DNA of 64,000 nucleotides, taken from Vulcanimicrobiota bacterium (lineage in GTDB: Bacteria; Vulcanimicrobiota; Vulcanimicrobiia; Vulcanimicrobiales; Vulcanimicrobiaceae). The DNA lies in assembly GCA_003136355.1 (NCBI GenBank), contig PLED01000082.1, forward strand, positions 6,753-70,752. Reading direction: 5' to 3'. Of this stretch, positions 39,190 through 48,973 are shown piece after piece (position 1 is the stretch's first letter; each line of letters starts with the position of its first letter). The notes under the pieces are model-generated. The model had not been told where the DNA came from and searched no databases. It saw nothing but the letters and a program-made list of their open reading frames with translations. Position numbers and translations under genes: made by a program.

Positions 39190-40959
39190 ATGAAGAAACT
39201 TGCAGCCCTGGCCGTCGCTTCCGCATTGTTGGCGGCGTGCGGAGGGCATGGCGGCTCGATGCCGCCGATGGGATCCACGCCGCAGTCGGCATCGCAGATG
39301 GGCATGGGCACCACGAAATCAGCATCCATTATCGAAGCCCCCTCGGGCTGGGCCGGTACGAGCACGCAGGCGATTCCGGTCGCCAACGCGAGCGATTTGG
39401 GCGTCGCGAACGCCACCCAGTCGATTACGGTCCGCGTCGGCTTACAACTTCACAATATGAAGCAGCTGCAGTCGGAGATCGCCGCGGGCAATCAACTCGA
39501 CGACGGCACCTTTATGGCGACGTACGCGCCGACCAGCTCGGACGTTTCGGCCGTGACGACGTATCTTCAAAGCCAAGGCTTCAGCAATATTACGGTCGCG
39601 CCGAATAATCTGATCGTCAGCGCGGACGGGTCGATTGCCAAAGCGCAAACTGCTTTCAATACGTCGATCCATTCGTTTTCCGGCGGTGGCACGTCGTTCA
39701 TCGCGAACGTCGCTCCGGCGTTCGTTCCTACGTCGCTGTCGGGGATTGTCGTGGCGGTTCTCGGACTGAACAGTATGCAGGCGATGAAACCCACGCCGAA
39801 AGTGACGTCGTGCCAAGTCTTCGGCGTCTCGTCACCGTCGCAGCAGTGCCTGCGCTTCTACGATCCAGCGACGTTCCAAAAGGCGTACGACGCGACGGGC
39901 GTGCCGCCGGCCAATACCACACCGGTTGCGATCATGGCCGAAGGCGACGTGACGCAATCCATCTCGGATCTTCGGCTGAACGAGCAGAAGTTCGGGCTCC
40001 CGCAAGTGCCGGTCAACGTCGTACAGGTTGGGCTGGCGAGCCCCGACACCGCCGGTGACGGCGAGTGGACGCTCGACACGGTCTATTCCAGCGGAATCGC
40101 GCAGAATCTCAAAGCGCTCTACATCTACGACACGACCTCGCTGACGGATTCGGATATCGCCAACGAATACAACAGCTGGGTCACGCAGCGCAAAACCAAA
40201 ATCGGCAACTCGTCGTTTGGCGGCTGCGAATTCTTCCCGTTCCTGGATGGTTCCATGGTTCTCGATGACGAGGTTCTGGCGCAGGGCGCGGCCGAGGGAA
40301 TGACGATGTTCGTCTCCACCGGCGACAACGGCGGCTACTGCAATAACTTCGTCAACACCAACGGCGCGCCGGGCGGCGCACCGTTCACCGAGTATCCCGC
40401 ATCTTCGCCGTACGTCGTTGCGGTCGGAGGCACGGACCTCTTCAGCAATACCGACGGTAGCTATCAGGGCGAAAGCTCGTGGGAAGCCGGCGGCGGCGGT
40501 TTAAGCCAATTCGAATATCCGCCGTACTGGGAACAGCAAACGCAAACCGTCAACGGCGCGGGAGCTCTGCTCTTCCGCGGACTCCCGGACATCGCGATGG
40601 ATGCGTCGATCGAAACCGGCGCGGAAACGTGGGGCGGTCAAGCTGCAAACGGCGCTTGCACGCCGTGCGTAACGGGTGGAACGAGTTTGTCTTCGCCGCT
40701 CGCGGCGGGAAGCTGGGCGCGGTTCCAATCGTCGCACGGCAACCGGCTAGGATTTGCGGCTGCGCTCCTCTACCGCAACTTCCAGCAGCATAGCGCCGGG
40801 GCAACGCTCACCGGACCGCCTCCGACCGCGCCCTACGGCGGTTTCCACGACATTCTCGCGGGAACCAACGGACTCTACACGGCGGCACCCGGCTATGACT
40901 ACACGACGGGACTGGGCAGTCTCGATCTCGCCGTGATGAATAGCCAAATCGGCAAGTAA
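39190..40959 (+). CDS. sedolisin (S53) family peptidase lipoprotein with a pro-kumamolisin-type activation domain
   Basis: Lipobox ALLAAC. The prodomain resembles ..LQSEIAAGN..FMATYAPTSSDVSAVTTYLQSQGF.. . Also GDGEWTLDTV (E..LD) and TGGTSLSSPLAAG. Confidence 0.85.
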   Translation: MKKLAALAVASALLAACGGHGGSMPPMGSTPQSASQMGMGTTKSASIIEAPSGWAGTSTQAIPVANASDLGVANATQSITVRVGLQLHNMKQLQSEIAAGNQLDDGTFMATYAPTSSDVSAVTTYLQSQGFSNITVAPNNLIVSADGSIAKAQTAFNTSIHSFSGGGTSFIANVAPAFVPTSLSGIVVAVLGLNSMQAMKPTPKVTSCQVFGVSSPSQQCLRFYDPATFQKAYDATGVPPANTTPVAIMAEGDVTQSISDLRLNEQKFGLPQVPVNVVQVGLASPDTAGDGEWTLDTVYSSGIAQNLKALYIYDTTSLTDSDIANEYNSWVTQRKTKIGNSSFGGCEFFPFLDGSMVLDDEVLAQGAAEGMTMFVSTGDNGGYCNNFVNTNGAPGGAPFTEYPASSPYVVAVGGTDLFSNTDGSYQGESSWEAGGGGLSQFEYPPYWEQQTQTVNGAGALLFRGLPDIAMDASIETGAETWGGQAANGACTPCVTGGTSLSSPLAAGSWARFQSSHGNRLGFAAALLYRNFQQHSAGATLTGPPPTAPYGGFHDILAGTNGLYTAAPGYDYTTGLGSLDLAVMNSQIGK

Positions 40960-40982
40960 GATCCCCAAAACGGGGCTGCAAG

Positions 40983-41015
40983 AAAGGGCGCCGCACGGAG
41001 AGAGCGGCGCCCTTT
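40983..41015. terminator. bidirectional terminator hairpin
   Basis: AAAGGGCGCCGC-(9 nt)-GCGGCGCCCTTT lies between convergent genes. Confidence 0.65.
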
Positions 41016-41018
41016 CAT

Positions 41019-41363
41019 TTACGGCGATAGATTTATCGTTACAGTCTTTCCGTAAGGTTTGGGGCACGCGCTGCCGATGTAACGCGGACGGCCCGCGCCG
41101 TCATCGCCGTACTCGGCTTTCAAACAAGCCCCGGGACGAACTTTGAAAAGTGCCGAGCCCGATGCGTTGGTCGTCTCCGTTTCCAGACTGACGATGGAAT
41201 AGGCGGCACCCATCGTGTACATCCGCACGAAGGCGTGCTTCGCGGGGCCACCGCTAGGGAGTTTGACCGTGACCGCAACCGTCGCGGCACTTGCCGCCGT
41301 GCACACGGCACCTCCAAGGAGAAGCGCCGCCGCCAAACTTGTCGCAAAAGGTTTCATGGCCAT
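41019..41363 (-). CDS. small secreted beta-rich protein
   Basis: An internal ATG gives the signal MAMKPFATSLAAALLLGGAVCTAASA. 114 aa. Confidence 0.5.
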   Translation of the reverse strand: MAMKPFATSLAAALLLGGAVCTAASAATVAVTVKLPSGGPAKHAFVRMYTMGAAYSIVSLETETTNASGSALFKVRPGACLKAEYGDDGAGRPRYIGSACPKPYGKTVTINLSP

Positions 41364-41382
41364 TCGAACCTCCCGTCTAGAG

Positions 41383-42717
41383 CTATTTATTGGGCAGTGG
41401 TTTTGCCGGATTCCCGGCGACACGCTGGCCCGCCGGAACATCTTTCGTGACAACCGAACCTGCGCCGGTCAGCGCTCCGTCGCCGATGGTGATCGGCGCG
41501 ATGAGCGATGTGTTCGATCCGATCATGACGTCGCGCCCGATCACTGTCTTGTTCTTGCGCTTGCCGTCGTAGTTGCACGTGATCGTGCCGGCGCCGATGT
41601 TCGTCTCCTCGCCGATCTCCGCGTCCCCCAAATACGTGAGATGGCTTGCCTTCACGCCGCGCGCGAGTTTCGAGTTCTTGACCTCCACGAAGTTTCCGAT
41701 GCGCACGTCTTGCGCGAGTTGGGAGTCGTCCCGAATGCGTGCGTAGGGCCCGATGCTGGTGCGGTCGCCGGCCCTCGAATCGAAGACCGAGCTTTCGTTC
41801 ACGGTGACTTCGTCGCCGAGCCGTGCGTTCGAAAGATGCGAATTCGGACCAATCGCGCAACGCTCGCCGATCTCGGATAAGCGGCCGATCGAAGTATTCG
41901 GATAGATCACGGTGTCGCGCCCGATCTTCAACTCCGGTTCCAGCGATGTGCTGAGCGGATTGACGATCGTTACGCCGTCGCGCATATGCTGGGCGCAGAG
42001 GCGTATATTCATCTCTCTGCGCGCAAGCGCGAGGTCCGCGCGATCGTTGATGCCGATGACGTGAGCCGGGTTCGAGATTTCGACGGGCGCTACGCGCTTG
42101 CCCGAACGGACCAAATCGGCAACGGTGTCGGTGAGGTAATACTCTTTTTGCGCGTTATCGTTGCGCAGGCGGCCGACCGCATCGCGCAAGGCCGCTTCGT
42201 CGAACGCATAAATGCCTGCATTGACTTCGTCGATCTGTAATTCGCTCGCGCTGGCGTCGCGCGTCTCGACGATTCGTTCCACGCTGCCGTCGCGGCGGAC
42301 GATCCGGCCGAAGTTTGAGGGCAGCGATACGCGTGCGGTCACCAGAGCCATAGCGCTGTTGCCGTCAGCCGCAGCAAGCACTGCGCTGAAGAGGCCGGCA
42401 TCGACCAAGGGCATGTCGCCGCAAGCGATCAGCACGCGCCCCGATTCGTCCGGTTTCATCGCGTCCAGCGCGGTGCGTACGGCGTGCCCGGTACCGAGCT
42501 GCTCTTCTTGCAGAATCCCTGTCGCGCCGAATTCATCCATGCGCGCCTGCAGCTCGGCGTTCGTCACGACATACATCTCCGTGACGCCGGCCGCGCGCAC
42601 CGCGTGCAGCACGTACCACAGCATCGGCCGGCCGCACACATCGTGCAATACCTTCGCCGTATCGCTCTTCATGCGCGTGCCTTTGCCCGCGGCCAGCACG
42701 ATCGCGCGTATGCTCAT
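41383..42717 (-). CDS. glmU: bifunctional UDP-N-acetylglucosamine diphosphorylase / glucosamine-1-phosphate N-acetyltransferase
   Basis: MSIRAIVLAAGKGTRM and C-terminal hexapeptide repeats. The ATG overlaps the gltX stop (ATGA). Confidence 0.95.
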   Translation of the reverse strand: MSIRAIVLAAGKGTRMKSDTAKVLHDVCGRPMLWYVLHAVRAAGVTEMYVVTNAELQARMDEFGATGILQEEQLGTGHAVRTALDAMKPDESGRVLIACGDMPLVDAGLFSAVLAAADGNSAMALVTARVSLPSNFGRIVRRDGSVERIVETRDASASELQIDEVNAGIYAFDEAALRDAVGRLRNDNAQKEYYLTDTVADLVRSGKRVAPVEISNPAHVIGINDRADLALARREMNIRLCAQHMRDGVTIVNPLSTSLEPELKIGRDTVIYPNTSIGRLSEIGERCAIGPNSHLSNARLGDEVTVNESSVFDSRAGDRTSIGPYARIRDDSQLAQDVRIGNFVEVKNSKLARGVKASHLTYLGDAEIGEETNIGAGTITCNYDGKRKNKTVIGRDVMIGSNTSLIAPITIGDGALTGAGSVVTKDVPAGQRVAGNPAKPLPNK

Positions 42718-44177
42718 TTCGCCCACTCTTTGAGTTCGGCTGACGAGACGCCCCCCAAAACTTCGAGTGCGATGCGCAGGCGTTCGCGCACGATATCGCG
42801 GCCAAGAATATCGATCGAATCGTAGAGCGGCACCGAGGTCGCGCTTCCTGTGATGGCGACGTAAAAGGGGCGCGTTACGTCGCGCAGTTTCACGTCCAGC
42901 CGCGCGGCGACGTCCTTTAACACAGCCTCGATATCCGAGGTCTGCCAGCTCGTCAGCGCGTCAAATCCCCAGCTCGCCAGCTGCAGCGCTTTGCGCAGCG
43001 AAACGTCGTCGAGTTTCGGCGTGCGCAGCTGCTCCGCGGTCACGGCGACCCGGCCTGCAAAAAAGAAGGCAAGCAGCGGCCCGAGGTCGCTCAAGCGTTC
43101 GATGCGCGGCTGTGCGAGCGCCGCGATGCGACGCAACCTGTCGGTCTCCAGGCCCCACGTTCCAGCCTTACTCATAAACGAGTCGAGATCGTTGCGCTCG
43201 CGCAAATAGCGTCCGTTCAGCCAATCGAGTTTGGTAACGTCGAAGACCGGACCGCCCAGTGAGATGTGCTCAAGCGCAAAGCGATCGGTCATCAGCGGCA
43301 GATCCATAATCTCTTCGCCCTCGGGCGGCATGACGCAGAGCAAACCCAAGAAGTTCAGCAACGCGTCGGGCAGATAGCCCATCGCCTTGTAAAACAATAT
43401 ACTGGTCGGATTCTTGCGTTTGCTGAGTTTGCTCTTGTCGGGATTGCGCAACAGCGGCAGGTGCAGCAGCTCCGGCGGCTCCCATCCAAAATACTGATAG
43501 AGCAGCAAATGCTTGGGCGCCGACGAGAGCCACTCTTCGCCGCGAAAGACGTGCGTGATCTCCATCAAGTGGTCGTCCACGACGTTGGCGAGATGATAGG
43601 TCGGCATGCCGTCGGATTTCATCAGCACTTGCATGTCGACGCTGCCCCATTCGATTTCAATCCGCCCGCGGCGCAGGTCGTTCACGACGCATACGCCCTC
43701 GGCCGGAACGCTCAACCGCACGACATACGGAATACCGGCAGCCTCTTTTTTCGCAACCTCATCTGCGCTCAAGCTCGTGCACAATCCGTCGTAACGCGAC
43801 GGCAGTTTCGACGCGCGCTGCGCGGCGCGCATATCATCCAGCCGTTCCGGCGTGCAGAAACACTTGAAGGCATTACCGTCGGCAAGCAGCTTTTGTACGT
43901 GCTCGCGGTAGATCTCCGAACGCTCGCTCTGACGGTACGGTCCGTGCGGCCCGCCGACGTCGGGGCCTTCGTCCCAGCTCAAACCCAGCCAATGCAGCGA
44001 ATCCAGAATCGCCTGCTCCGATTCGCGCGTGCTGCGCGCGCGATCCGTATCCTCGATGCGCAGCACGAACTTGCCGCCGTTTTTCTTGGCGAAACAGTAG
44101 TTGATCAGTGCGACGTAAGCCGTACCGACGTGCGGATCGCCGGTCGGCGACGGCGCGATACGCGTCCTAACGGTCAA
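42714..44177 (-). CDS. gltX: glutamate--tRNA ligase
   Basis: RIAPSPTGDPHVGTAY (HIGH) and KLSKRK (KMSKS). Confidence 0.95.
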   Translation of the reverse strand: MTVRTRIAPSPTGDPHVGTAYVALINYCFAKKNGGKFVLRIEDTDRARSTRESEQAILDSLHWLGLSWDEGPDVGGPHGPYRQSERSEIYREHVQKLLADGNAFKCFCTPERLDDMRAAQRASKLPSRYDGLCTSLSADEVAKKEAAGIPYVVRLSVPAEGVCVVNDLRRGRIEIEWGSVDMQVLMKSDGMPTYHLANVVDDHLMEITHVFRGEEWLSSAPKHLLLYQYFGWEPPELLHLPLLRNPDKSKLSKRKNPTSILFYKAMGYLPDALLNFLGLLCVMPPEGEEIMDLPLMTDRFALEHISLGGPVFDVTKLDWLNGRYLRERNDLDSFMSKAGTWGLETDRLRRIAALAQPRIERLSDLGPLLAFFFAGRVAVTAEQLRTPKLDDVSLRKALQLASWGFDALTSWQTSDIEAVLKDVAARLDVKLRDVTRPFYVAITGSATSVPLYDSIDILGRDIVRERLRIALEVLGGVSSAELKEWAK

Positions 44178-44190
44178 TCTTGCTCAGCCG

Positions 44191-44604
44191 TCACCCGACG
44201 AGTTCGCGGCGGTTGCCGCATTCACGCTGAACGAAATTGATGATGTTCGCGAGCGGAGCGCCGGGCGTGAATATTTCGCGCACACCGATGCGCTTGAGTT
44301 CTTCGGCGTCTTCGGGCGGAATGGTGCCGCCGCCGAAAAAGACGATGTCTTGCGCGTTCTGCGCTTTGAGCTGTTCGACGATCAGCGGGAACAGCGTCAT
44401 GTGCGCGCCGCTGAGGATCGAGAGGCCGATGCCGTCGGCATCTTCTTGAATCGCCGTCTGCACGATCTGTTCGGGCGCTTGGAAGAGCCCGGTGTAAATC
44501 ACTTCCATACCCGCGTCGCGCAGCGCGCGCGCGATCACCTTCGCGCCGCGATCGTGCCCGTCGAGTCCGGCTTTTGCGATGACGATGCGCAACGGTCTAG
44601 CCAT
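44191..44604 (-). CDS. acyl-CoA (methylmalonyl-CoA-type) mutase, B12-binding small subunit
   Basis: 137 aa. RIVIAKAGLDGHDRGAKVIA (DxHxxG) and GGTIP. Confidence 0.9.
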   Translation of the reverse strand: MARPLRIVIAKAGLDGHDRGAKVIARALRDAGMEVIYTGLFQAPEQIVQTAIQEDADGIGLSILSGAHMTLFPLIVEQLKAQNAQDIVFFGGGTIPPEDAEELKRIGVREIFTPGAPLANIINFVQRECGNRRELVG

Positions 44605-44725
44605 GCGGCGGAGTTTCCTCGCGTTCGAGCTCGAGGCTTAAGCGCAGCGCTTCTTCGAGCTTCGCCATAACTTCTTTTAGTGTCGCTGCTTCGGCGGCGC
44701 GTTGTTCTTGCGTCAGCGCGGCCAT
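44597..44725 (-). CDS. 42-codon micro-ORF between the mutase large and small subunit genes
   Basis: [42 protein letters not shown]. Its ATG overlaps the large-subunit stop (TAATG), and its TAG overlaps the small-subunit start (ATGGCTAG). Below the track cutoff. Confidence 0.35.
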   Translation of the reverse strand: MAALTQEQRAAEAATLKEVMAKLEEALRLSLELEREETPPHG

Positions 44726-46434
44726 TAGAATGCCACCTTCTCGGTGTAGCGTCCGTAGACGCCGGCCATCGCTTCGACGATTTCGCCTTCAGTGAGATAC
44801 GCGTTCACGCAGTTGATCAAATGGGGCATGACGTTGTCGTTCGGATCCGCGCAGGCTTTCTTCAAGCGCTCGAGCGCCGTTCGCGCCGCCGCCTGATCGC
44901 GATTGCCACGGACGTCTGCAACCGAACGCGCCTGCTCGCGCTCCATCTCTACACCGATGCGCAGGAGTTCTATGTCTTGCCGCTCTTCGGGCTTTTCGAA
45001 AGCGTTCACGCCGACCAGAATGCGATCTTTCGTTTCGAGCGAGCGCTGATAACGGTAGCTCGCGTCGGCGATCTCGCGCTGGAAGAACCCGGCCTCGATC
45101 GCTTCGATCACGCCGCCGAATTCCTCGATGCGTTTGAAGTAGTCTTCGGCCTGACGCTCGAGCTCATTCGTGAGCGCTTCAATAAAATATGAGCCGCCGA
45201 GCGGGTCGACCACATTCGTCACGTTGGTTTCGTAGGCGAGGACCTGTTGCGTGCGCAGTGCGATCTCGGCCGCCTTTTCCGAGGGCAGCGCCAGCACTTC
45301 GTCCATCGAGTTGGTATGCAGCGATTGCGTGCCGCCGAGTACGGCGGCCAGCGCTTCATAGGCCACGCGAACGATATTGTTTTCGGGCTGCTGTGCGGTG
45401 GCACTGCAGCCGGCAGTCTGCGTATGGAAACGCATCTGCAGCGAGCGCGGATCCTTCGCGCCGTACCGGTCGCGCATGTGCCGCGCCCAAATGCGGCGCG
45501 CGGCCCGGAACTTGCAGATCTCTTCGAAGAAGTCGATGTGCGAGTTGAAGAAAAACGAAAGGCGCGGTGCAAACGAGTCGACGTCCATCCCCGCGCCGAC
45601 GCAGGCTTCGACGTAGGCAAATCCGTCGGCGAGCGTAAAGGCCAGCTCTTGCGCGGCGGTCGATCCCGCTTCGCGAATGTGATAGCCGCTGATCGAGATC
45701 GTGTTCCAGCGCGGCATCTCGTCGCGGCAAAAACGGATCATGTCGACGATCAGCCGCATGTGCGGACGCGGCGGGAAGATCCATTCTTTCTGCGCGATGT
45801 ATTCTTTGAGAATATCGGCTTGTACCGTTCCGCCGAGTTTGGAGCGCGGAGTGCCCTTCTTCTCGGCAGCGGCCACATAGAGCGCGAGCGCGATGCACGC
45901 CGGTCCGTTGATCGTCATCGACGTCGTGATGTCGCCCATATCGATGCCGTCAAAAAGCGTATCCATATCGGCGAGCGAGTCGATGGCGACTCCGCACTTG
46001 CCGACCTCGCCGCGCGCCTGCGGCGCGTCGGAGTCGTATCCCATCAGCGTCGGCATGTCGAACGCCACCGACAATCCGTGCTGGCCGTGCGATAGCAAGA
46101 AATGGTAACGCTCGTTGGTTTGCTTGGCGTTGCCGAAGCCCGCGAACTGGCGCATCGTCCACAGGCGGTCGCGGTACATGTTGGGATGGATGCCACGCGT
46201 GTACGGATAGATCGAGGGCCAGCTCAGATCGCGCGCCAGATCGAGCTCCACGTCTTGCGGTCCGTAGATCGTCTTTAAAGGAAGGTCGGAGATGGTGCGA
46301 TCGACTGCACCGGAGCCGACGTCTTTCCGCCGCTTGCCCTTGGCGGAAGCGTTCTCCCAAATTTTTTCCTGCGCGCTGAAGTCGTTCTCCGGCTGCGCGC
46401 CCGGACTGGCCGGGCGTTCGATCATTTTTGCCAA
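44725..46434 (-). CDS. acyl-CoA (methylmalonyl-CoA-type) mutase, large catalytic subunit
   Basis: 569 aa. [36 protein letters not shown], and other TIM-barrel mutase motifs. Substrate specificity was not assigned. Confidence 0.92.
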   Translation of the reverse strand: MAKMIERPASPGAQPENDFSAQEKIWENASAKGKRRKDVGSGAVDRTISDLPLKTIYGPQDVELDLARDLSWPSIYPYTRGIHPNMYRDRLWTMRQFAGFGNAKQTNERYHFLLSHGQHGLSVAFDMPTLMGYDSDAPQARGEVGKCGVAIDSLADMDTLFDGIDMGDITTSMTINGPACIALALYVAAAEKKGTPRSKLGGTVQADILKEYIAQKEWIFPPRPHMRLIVDMIRFCRDEMPRWNTISISGYHIREAGSTAAQELAFTLADGFAYVEACVGAGMDVDSFAPRLSFFFNSHIDFFEEICKFRAARRIWARHMRDRYGAKDPRSLQMRFHTQTAGCSATAQQPENNIVRVAYEALAAVLGGTQSLHTNSMDEVLALPSEKAAEIALRTQQVLAYETNVTNVVDPLGGSYFIEALTNELERQAEDYFKRIEEFGGVIEAIEAGFFQREIADASYRYQRSLETKDRILVGVNAFEKPEERQDIELLRIGVEMEREQARSVADVRGNRDQAAARTALERLKKACADPNDNVMPHLINCVNAYLTEGEIVEAMAGVYGRYTEKVAF

Positions 46435-46468
46435 TGTGTCCTCGAATGGCGGGGTCTAAAGCCTTCCC

Positions 46469-47239
46469 CTAGGTGCCGTCGCAATCCCGGGCCGCTATCA
46501 GCGCCTGCTGGATCAGGCTCCGGCCTTGGCTGACCAGGGCCGCGTTGAGCTGGGAAAGCCTGTAGTACTTCAACACGCGCAAGCTGACGACGGCCGGCGG
46601 CTTGCTCGCCAAGCGCGGATCGTAATCGGCCGGCAGGGGCGGCGGAGTGTTAAACTGCGGCGCGGGAGCCGGCGTTGCGGCGTTCGGCATCGTGTCGTAC
46701 CCCGGTGGTCCGGCGCCGGCCCCGGCGCTTGCCGCGTCGGAGGAACCGAAGGCGCTGCTGACCGTCTGCAGCACGTCGGTACCGTAGTTGTCGACGATCG
46801 TGCCATAGATCTCGGTGTAACGATCGGCGGTGGCGCGCTGGAGATCGACGATATTTTGCACGCGTTGCCGCATCGCGTCCACTTTGGGAACTTTACCAAC
46901 CGGGTAGATCGCGTAAGACTCCTGTAAGAGTTCTTCGATCTGATGGATCGCACCGATCAAGTTCGTGCTTTCCTGATCGATCTTTGAAGCATAGAGCTGT
47001 ACGCCGTCCTGCAGTTTGGTCTTTGAATATTTCGCGAGCTGCAGCTCGTCTTGCTTGATCGCCGCGGTCGAGGCGCGATACTGGCCCTGCATGCGCGCCA
47101 GCGGCAGCACGACCTTATGCAGCGTGCTGCACACCGGGCTCACGCGTTCTTGGATGATGGTCGGCGGCGGCTGAAATACCGGATACGGCTTTGGCGACGG
47201 AGTGGCCGCGGCGACAAGCGCAAGTACCAACGGTATCAT
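46469..47239 (-). CDS. secreted protein of unknown function, paralog 1
   Basis: MIPLVLALVAAATPS.. PPPTIIQERVSPVCSTLH .. LYASKID .. SYAIYP .. KVDAMRQRVQNIVDLQR .. ALIAARDCDGT. It is a clear paralog of the upstream gene. Confidence 0.65.
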   Translation of the reverse strand: MIPLVLALVAAATPSPKPYPVFQPPPTIIQERVSPVCSTLHKVVLPLARMQGQYRASTAAIKQDELQLAKYSKTKLQDGVQLYASKIDQESTNLIGAIHQIEELLQESYAIYPVGKVPKVDAMRQRVQNIVDLQRATADRYTEIYGTIVDNYGTDVLQTVSSAFGSSDAASAGAGAGPPGYDTMPNAATPAPAPQFNTPPPLPADYDPRLASKPPAVVSLRVLKYYRLSQLNAALVSQGRSLIQQALIAARDCDGT

Positions 47240-47240
47240 T

Positions 47241-47990
47241 TCAGACGCCATCGCAATCGTGCGCCGCGATCAGCGCTTGCGCTTCGAGCGCGGGCCCTTC
47301 GCGCTGCATCAAAGTTTGGAGTTCCGGCGGTCGCGTCCATTTCAGACTACGCATCGCAAAGGCGGGAGGGGGCGAGCTAGCGAGCCTTCGATCCGTGTCG
47401 GGTGCAGTCGCCCGCTGAACCGGCTCGAGCGGATTCGGAGATGGCGCCGGCGTTGCGAACGGAACGATGTCCGTAGGAAGCGACGGCGGCGTTCCATGCT
47501 CGTCGGGACGTTCCCCAACCATTGTATTTAGTCCATTCTCAATGCCGCTTACCGAATCGTTGTCGACCATTGCTGCATATGTGGCCAGGCTGTAGTTTAT
47601 CGCAACGCGCTCCAGATCGACAACGTTTTGCACACGCTGGCGCAGAGCGTCGACCTTCGAATTGGTTCCCTGTGGATACATCGCATATGATTTGATGAGC
47701 AGCTGATCAAAGTCGGTTAGCTGCTGAAGAATAGCCATGTGCAACGTGTCTAGTCGCGACGCATACAGAAAAGCGCCGTCACCCAGGCGGGTGTTGCGAC
47801 TCTTCGAGAGGTTACTCCGCGCCACGCGAATAGCATCCATAATAGGTTTATCTTTTAGATTCATTTCCGCGAGCGGCAGCACCAGCTGATGCAGTGTCGA
47901 GCATACCGGACTCACCCGCTCGCGAATGATCGTGGGCGGCGGCGAGGCCGTTGCCGCAGCGAGTACGAGCGATCCAAGCAGCGCGATCAC
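47241..47990 (-). CDS. secreted protein of unknown function, paralog 2
   Basis: The GTG overlaps the meaB stop (GTGA). VIALLGSLVLAAATAS PPPTIIRERVSPVCSTLH .. LYASRLD .. SYAMYP .. KVDALRQRVQNVVDLER .. ALIAAHDCDGV. Confidence 0.65.
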   Translation of the reverse strand: MIALLGSLVLAAATASPPPTIIRERVSPVCSTLHQLVLPLAEMNLKDKPIMDAIRVARSNLSKSRNTRLGDGAFLYASRLDTLHMAILQQLTDFDQLLIKSYAMYPQGTNSKVDALRQRVQNVVDLERVAINYSLATYAAMVDNDSVSGIENGLNTMVGERPDEHGTPPSLPTDIVPFATPAPSPNPLEPVQRATAPDTDRRLASSPPPAFAMRSLKWTRPPELQTLMQREGPALEAQALIAAHDCDGV

Positions 47991-48973
47991 GTCAGGCCTT
48001 TGACCGACGCGCGGACGTGCGGCGCGCGAGCCGGCTCGTCGGAGACTTCAGATGAAATGCCGAACGCACCGAGGACACGTTCGGCGGCCGCATACGGATC
48101 GACTCCGGCCGCCAGTTCACTTCCCAGCTGGCGATCCAGTTTGCGTTCGAGCTGCCCGAGCGCCAATTGCCGGACCTGGTGCGCGAATGCTTCGCGCCGC
48201 TTCTCATCGAGCTCGCCCGATTCGCGCAGGTAGGCAACATGCCGCTCGACGCCCGCCCAAAGCTCGTCGATGCCGTCGCCGCTTGTTGCTTGCGTCATGA
48301 TCAGCTCGGGCACCCAGCCGCTGAAATCGAGCATTTCCATCATCGAACGAATCTCGTGCTTGAGTTGATTCGCCATCGGGTGATCCTTCTTGTTGACCAC
48401 AAAAATGTCGGCGATCTCCAGTATCCCGGCTTTGAGCACTTGAATGCTGTCGCCGCTGCCCGGCTGCAAAGCGACAATCGTTGTTTGCACAAGCTCGGCG
48501 ATTTCGATCTCGGATTGCCCCACGCCGACGGTTTCGATGATGACGACGTCCATGCCGAATGCATCCATCAGCAGCACGGCGTCGGCCGTCGCTCCGGAAA
48601 GGCCGCCCAGGTGGCCGCGGCTGGCCATCGACCGGATAAAAACTTCGCTGTCCGTAAAGTGTTCCGTCAGTCGAATGCGATCGCCCAATAACGCCCCGTG
48701 CGAAAACGGAGAACTCGGATCCACCGACACGACGCCGACGCTCTTGCCGAGCGACCGGACTTTGCGAACGAGCGCGTTACCAAGCGTGGATTTGCCGACG
48801 CCGGGCGGCCCCGTCAGACCGATGGTCAGCGCGCGTCCCGTCTGCGAAAAAAGATGGCGCACGAGCTCCGCTCCCCGGCCGGACTCCGCGCGGCTGATCG
48901 CGCGCGCCAGCGCGCGTGGGGAACGGGCGCGGAATTGCCGCAAGAGGTCGGAGTGATCGCCTGGATTGCCCAC
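47987..48973 (-). CDS. meaB: methylmalonyl-CoA mutase-associated G-protein chaperone (MeaB/ArgK)
   Basis: GLTGPPGVGKSTL, ETVGVGQSE, and NKKD. Confidence 0.92.
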   Translation of the reverse strand: MGNPGDHSDLLRQFRARSPRALARAISRAESGRGAELVRHLFSQTGRALTIGLTGPPGVGKSTLGNALVRKVRSLGKSVGVVSVDPSSPFSHGALLGDRIRLTEHFTDSEVFIRSMASRGHLGGLSGATADAVLLMDAFGMDVVIIETVGVGQSEIEIAELVQTTIVALQPGSGDSIQVLKAGILEIADIFVVNKKDHPMANQLKHEIRSMMEMLDFSGWVPELIMTQATSGDGIDELWAGVERHVAYLRESGELDEKRREAFAHQVRQLALGQLERKLDRQLGSELAAGVDPYAAAERVLGAFGISSEVSDEPARAPHVRASVKGLT

